Assembly: GCA_025057295.1 (NCBI GenBank)
Contig: JANWXO010000003.1
Coordinates: 1 to 44,786 of the forward strand
Length of the DNA: 44,786 nucleotides
DNA from: Candidatus Binatia bacterium
Lineage (GTDB): Bacteria; Desulfobacterota; Binatia; Bin18
Reading direction: 5' to 3'
Below the pieces are notes generated by a model. It made no database searches. It saw only the letters and a list, made by a program, of their open reading frames with translations, and was not told the origin of the DNA. The translations under genes and the position numbers were made by a program. Below, piece after piece: positions 44,028-44,786 of this stretch (within the stretch, counting starts at the first letter, position 1; every line of letters begins with the position of its first letter).

Positions 44028-44511
44028 CATCGAGAGCAGACCAGACCTCCTCTCCCTCTGGGTCGGACAGGCGGAAGCATTTTTCTTTCCCGAAGGGCTT
44101 CTGGGGTTTCCGGGGTCACGGCATTTTGTGCTTTCGCGCTATCAACCGCCAGACGGGAGTGTGTCCCCGTTTTTCTTGCTGCAAACGCAGGAAAGCGAGA
44201 CGAGCGACCGAGAGCCCGGTGAGTATGCTGCGCTCTCGTTTCCTCTCATCTCTCCCTACTGGCTTGTGCCAGACTATCACGTGACTCCCCCTCCAGGGGT
44301 GCTCGACACGCTTGGAGTGCAGGTGGCAACCGCTTGCGTCGTTTTGGTCATCGTCACCCTGCGGGAGCGGTTAGAAGAGATCACCGTGAATCTCCAGGGA
44401 CCCTTGCTCTTGAGCCCTGCTACCCGTCGAGGGGTCCAGCTGGTGGTGGAGCAGTATCCGGTCCGCTATCCCTTACTGGGAAGTGGGGGAAAGGTGTCGT
44501 CCGACCTCTGA
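44020..44511 (+). CDS. fliW: Flagellar assembly factor FliW (CsrA antagonist)
   Basis: It lies within ORF 43939..44511. The candidate GTG starts at 44017 and 44020 follow AGGAG (44008-44012) and overlap the csrA stop. [18 protein letters not shown] and [19 protein letters not shown] are FliW-like. Confidence 0.8.
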   Translation: MSSIESRPDLLSLWVGQAEAFFFPEGLLGFPGSRHFVLSRYQPPDGSVSPFFLLQTQESETSDREPGEYAALSFPLISPYWLVPDYHVTPPPGVLDTLGVQVATACVVLVIVTLRERLEEITVNLQGPLLLSPATRRGVQLVVEQYPVRYPLLGSGGKVSSDL

Positions 44512-44660
44512 GCTCTCTGTCACGGCATTGTTGGGGTGATCCGGCGGCTGCCCGTGCGGCCCTGGCACCGGTGCCCCCTACGGCTGCTTGAGCAGAGGGA
44601 GCTCCCCATGCAGGATCGTGCGTCCCGTGGGACGTGGGCGATTCCTGTCGACCTCAGGGC

Positions 44661-44786
44661 TTAGCGGTTTTTCTCCTCGCTCCGGAGCGTGTGTGTCGCT
44701 CTGTCGACAGCGCGGTAGAGACGGATTTCTACCCGGCGGTTGGCTGCCCGGTTTGCTGCGCTCGTGTTCGGCACCAGAGGACGGAA
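44661..44786 (-). CDS. OmpA/MotB-family peptidoglycan-binding protein, 3' fragment (gene continues beyond the window)
   Basis: This was hand-translated from the minus strand starting at base 44786: FRPLVPNTSAANRAANRRVEIRLYRAVDRATHTLRSEEKNR-stop (TAA = 44661-44663). NRAANRRVEI is the OmpA_C signature. It is too short to appear in the ORF track. Confidence 0.6.
   Translation of the reverse strand, partial: FRPLVPNTSAANRAANRRVEIRLYRAVDRATHTLRSEEKNR

Noticed and set aside
44512-44660. Palindromes GGCACCGGTGCC and GGGAGCTCCC and a CGTCCC-gt-GGGACG repeat between fliW and the convergent OmpA-family gene, considered as a bidirectional terminator.
   Set aside because: The stems are short, the loops are too small (0-2 nt), and no T- or A-tracts flank them. 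I cannot support a terminator call from sequence alone.

Overview
This is a GC-rich chromosomal segment from a diderm bacterium; L- and P-ring genes are present. All calls come from reading the supplied translations and the DNA by eye. No homology or HMM search was run, and start codons are best guesses from SD spacing and ATGA overlaps.

Bases 1-6500 hold ordinary metabolic and housekeeping genes:
- a truncated egtC followed by egtD (ergothioneine pathway)
- an L-asparaginase
- an alpha/beta hydrolase
- an LLM-type flavin oxidoreductase
- a SlyD-type PPIase
- a homogentisate-dioxygenase-like gene

Bases 6800-44500 hold a tightly packed, nearly complete flagellar regulon of about 42 genes, in this order:
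- a receiver-less sigma54 activator
- a cytoplasmic PAS histidine kinase plus an NtrC-type response regulator, fused to flgBC-fliEFGHIJ
- fliK-flgDE
- fliMN
- an inverted motAB pair
- fliLOPQR-flhBAFG-fliA
- an orphan membrane protein
- flgFGAHIJ
- flgMN-flgKL-csrA-fliW

A 3' fragment of an OmpA-family gene sits at the right edge. No flagellin, fliD/fliS, che genes or rpoN lie in the window. I saw no tRNA, rRNA, CRISPR array or mobile element.

The regulatory wiring can be read directly from the DNA:
- Four consensus sigma54 promoters (TGGCAY-N5-TTGC) sit in front of the activator gene, the kinase operon, fliM and fliL.
- Two strong sigma28 promoters sit in front of motA and flgM.
- A further sigma28-like element lies before fliM.

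I did not find a self-evident new multi-gene system. The items most worth a second look are:
1. An in-frame TGA separates a DQAxxLR-like N-terminal peptide from the FlhG ATPase body.
2. An uncharacterised single-pass membrane/coiled-coil/HTH-like protein follows fliA, preceded by a possible 67-codon ORF.
3. The domain-less sigma54 activator sits behind its own sigma54 promoter, with a 52-bp composite dyad upstream.
4. FleQ-box-like GTCA-N6-TGAC dyads lie upstream of two of the sigma54 promoters.
5. FlhB carries NPHR in place of the NPTH autocleavage motif.
6. The flgM sigma28 promoter abuts the SD, which implies a nearly leaderless late transcript.
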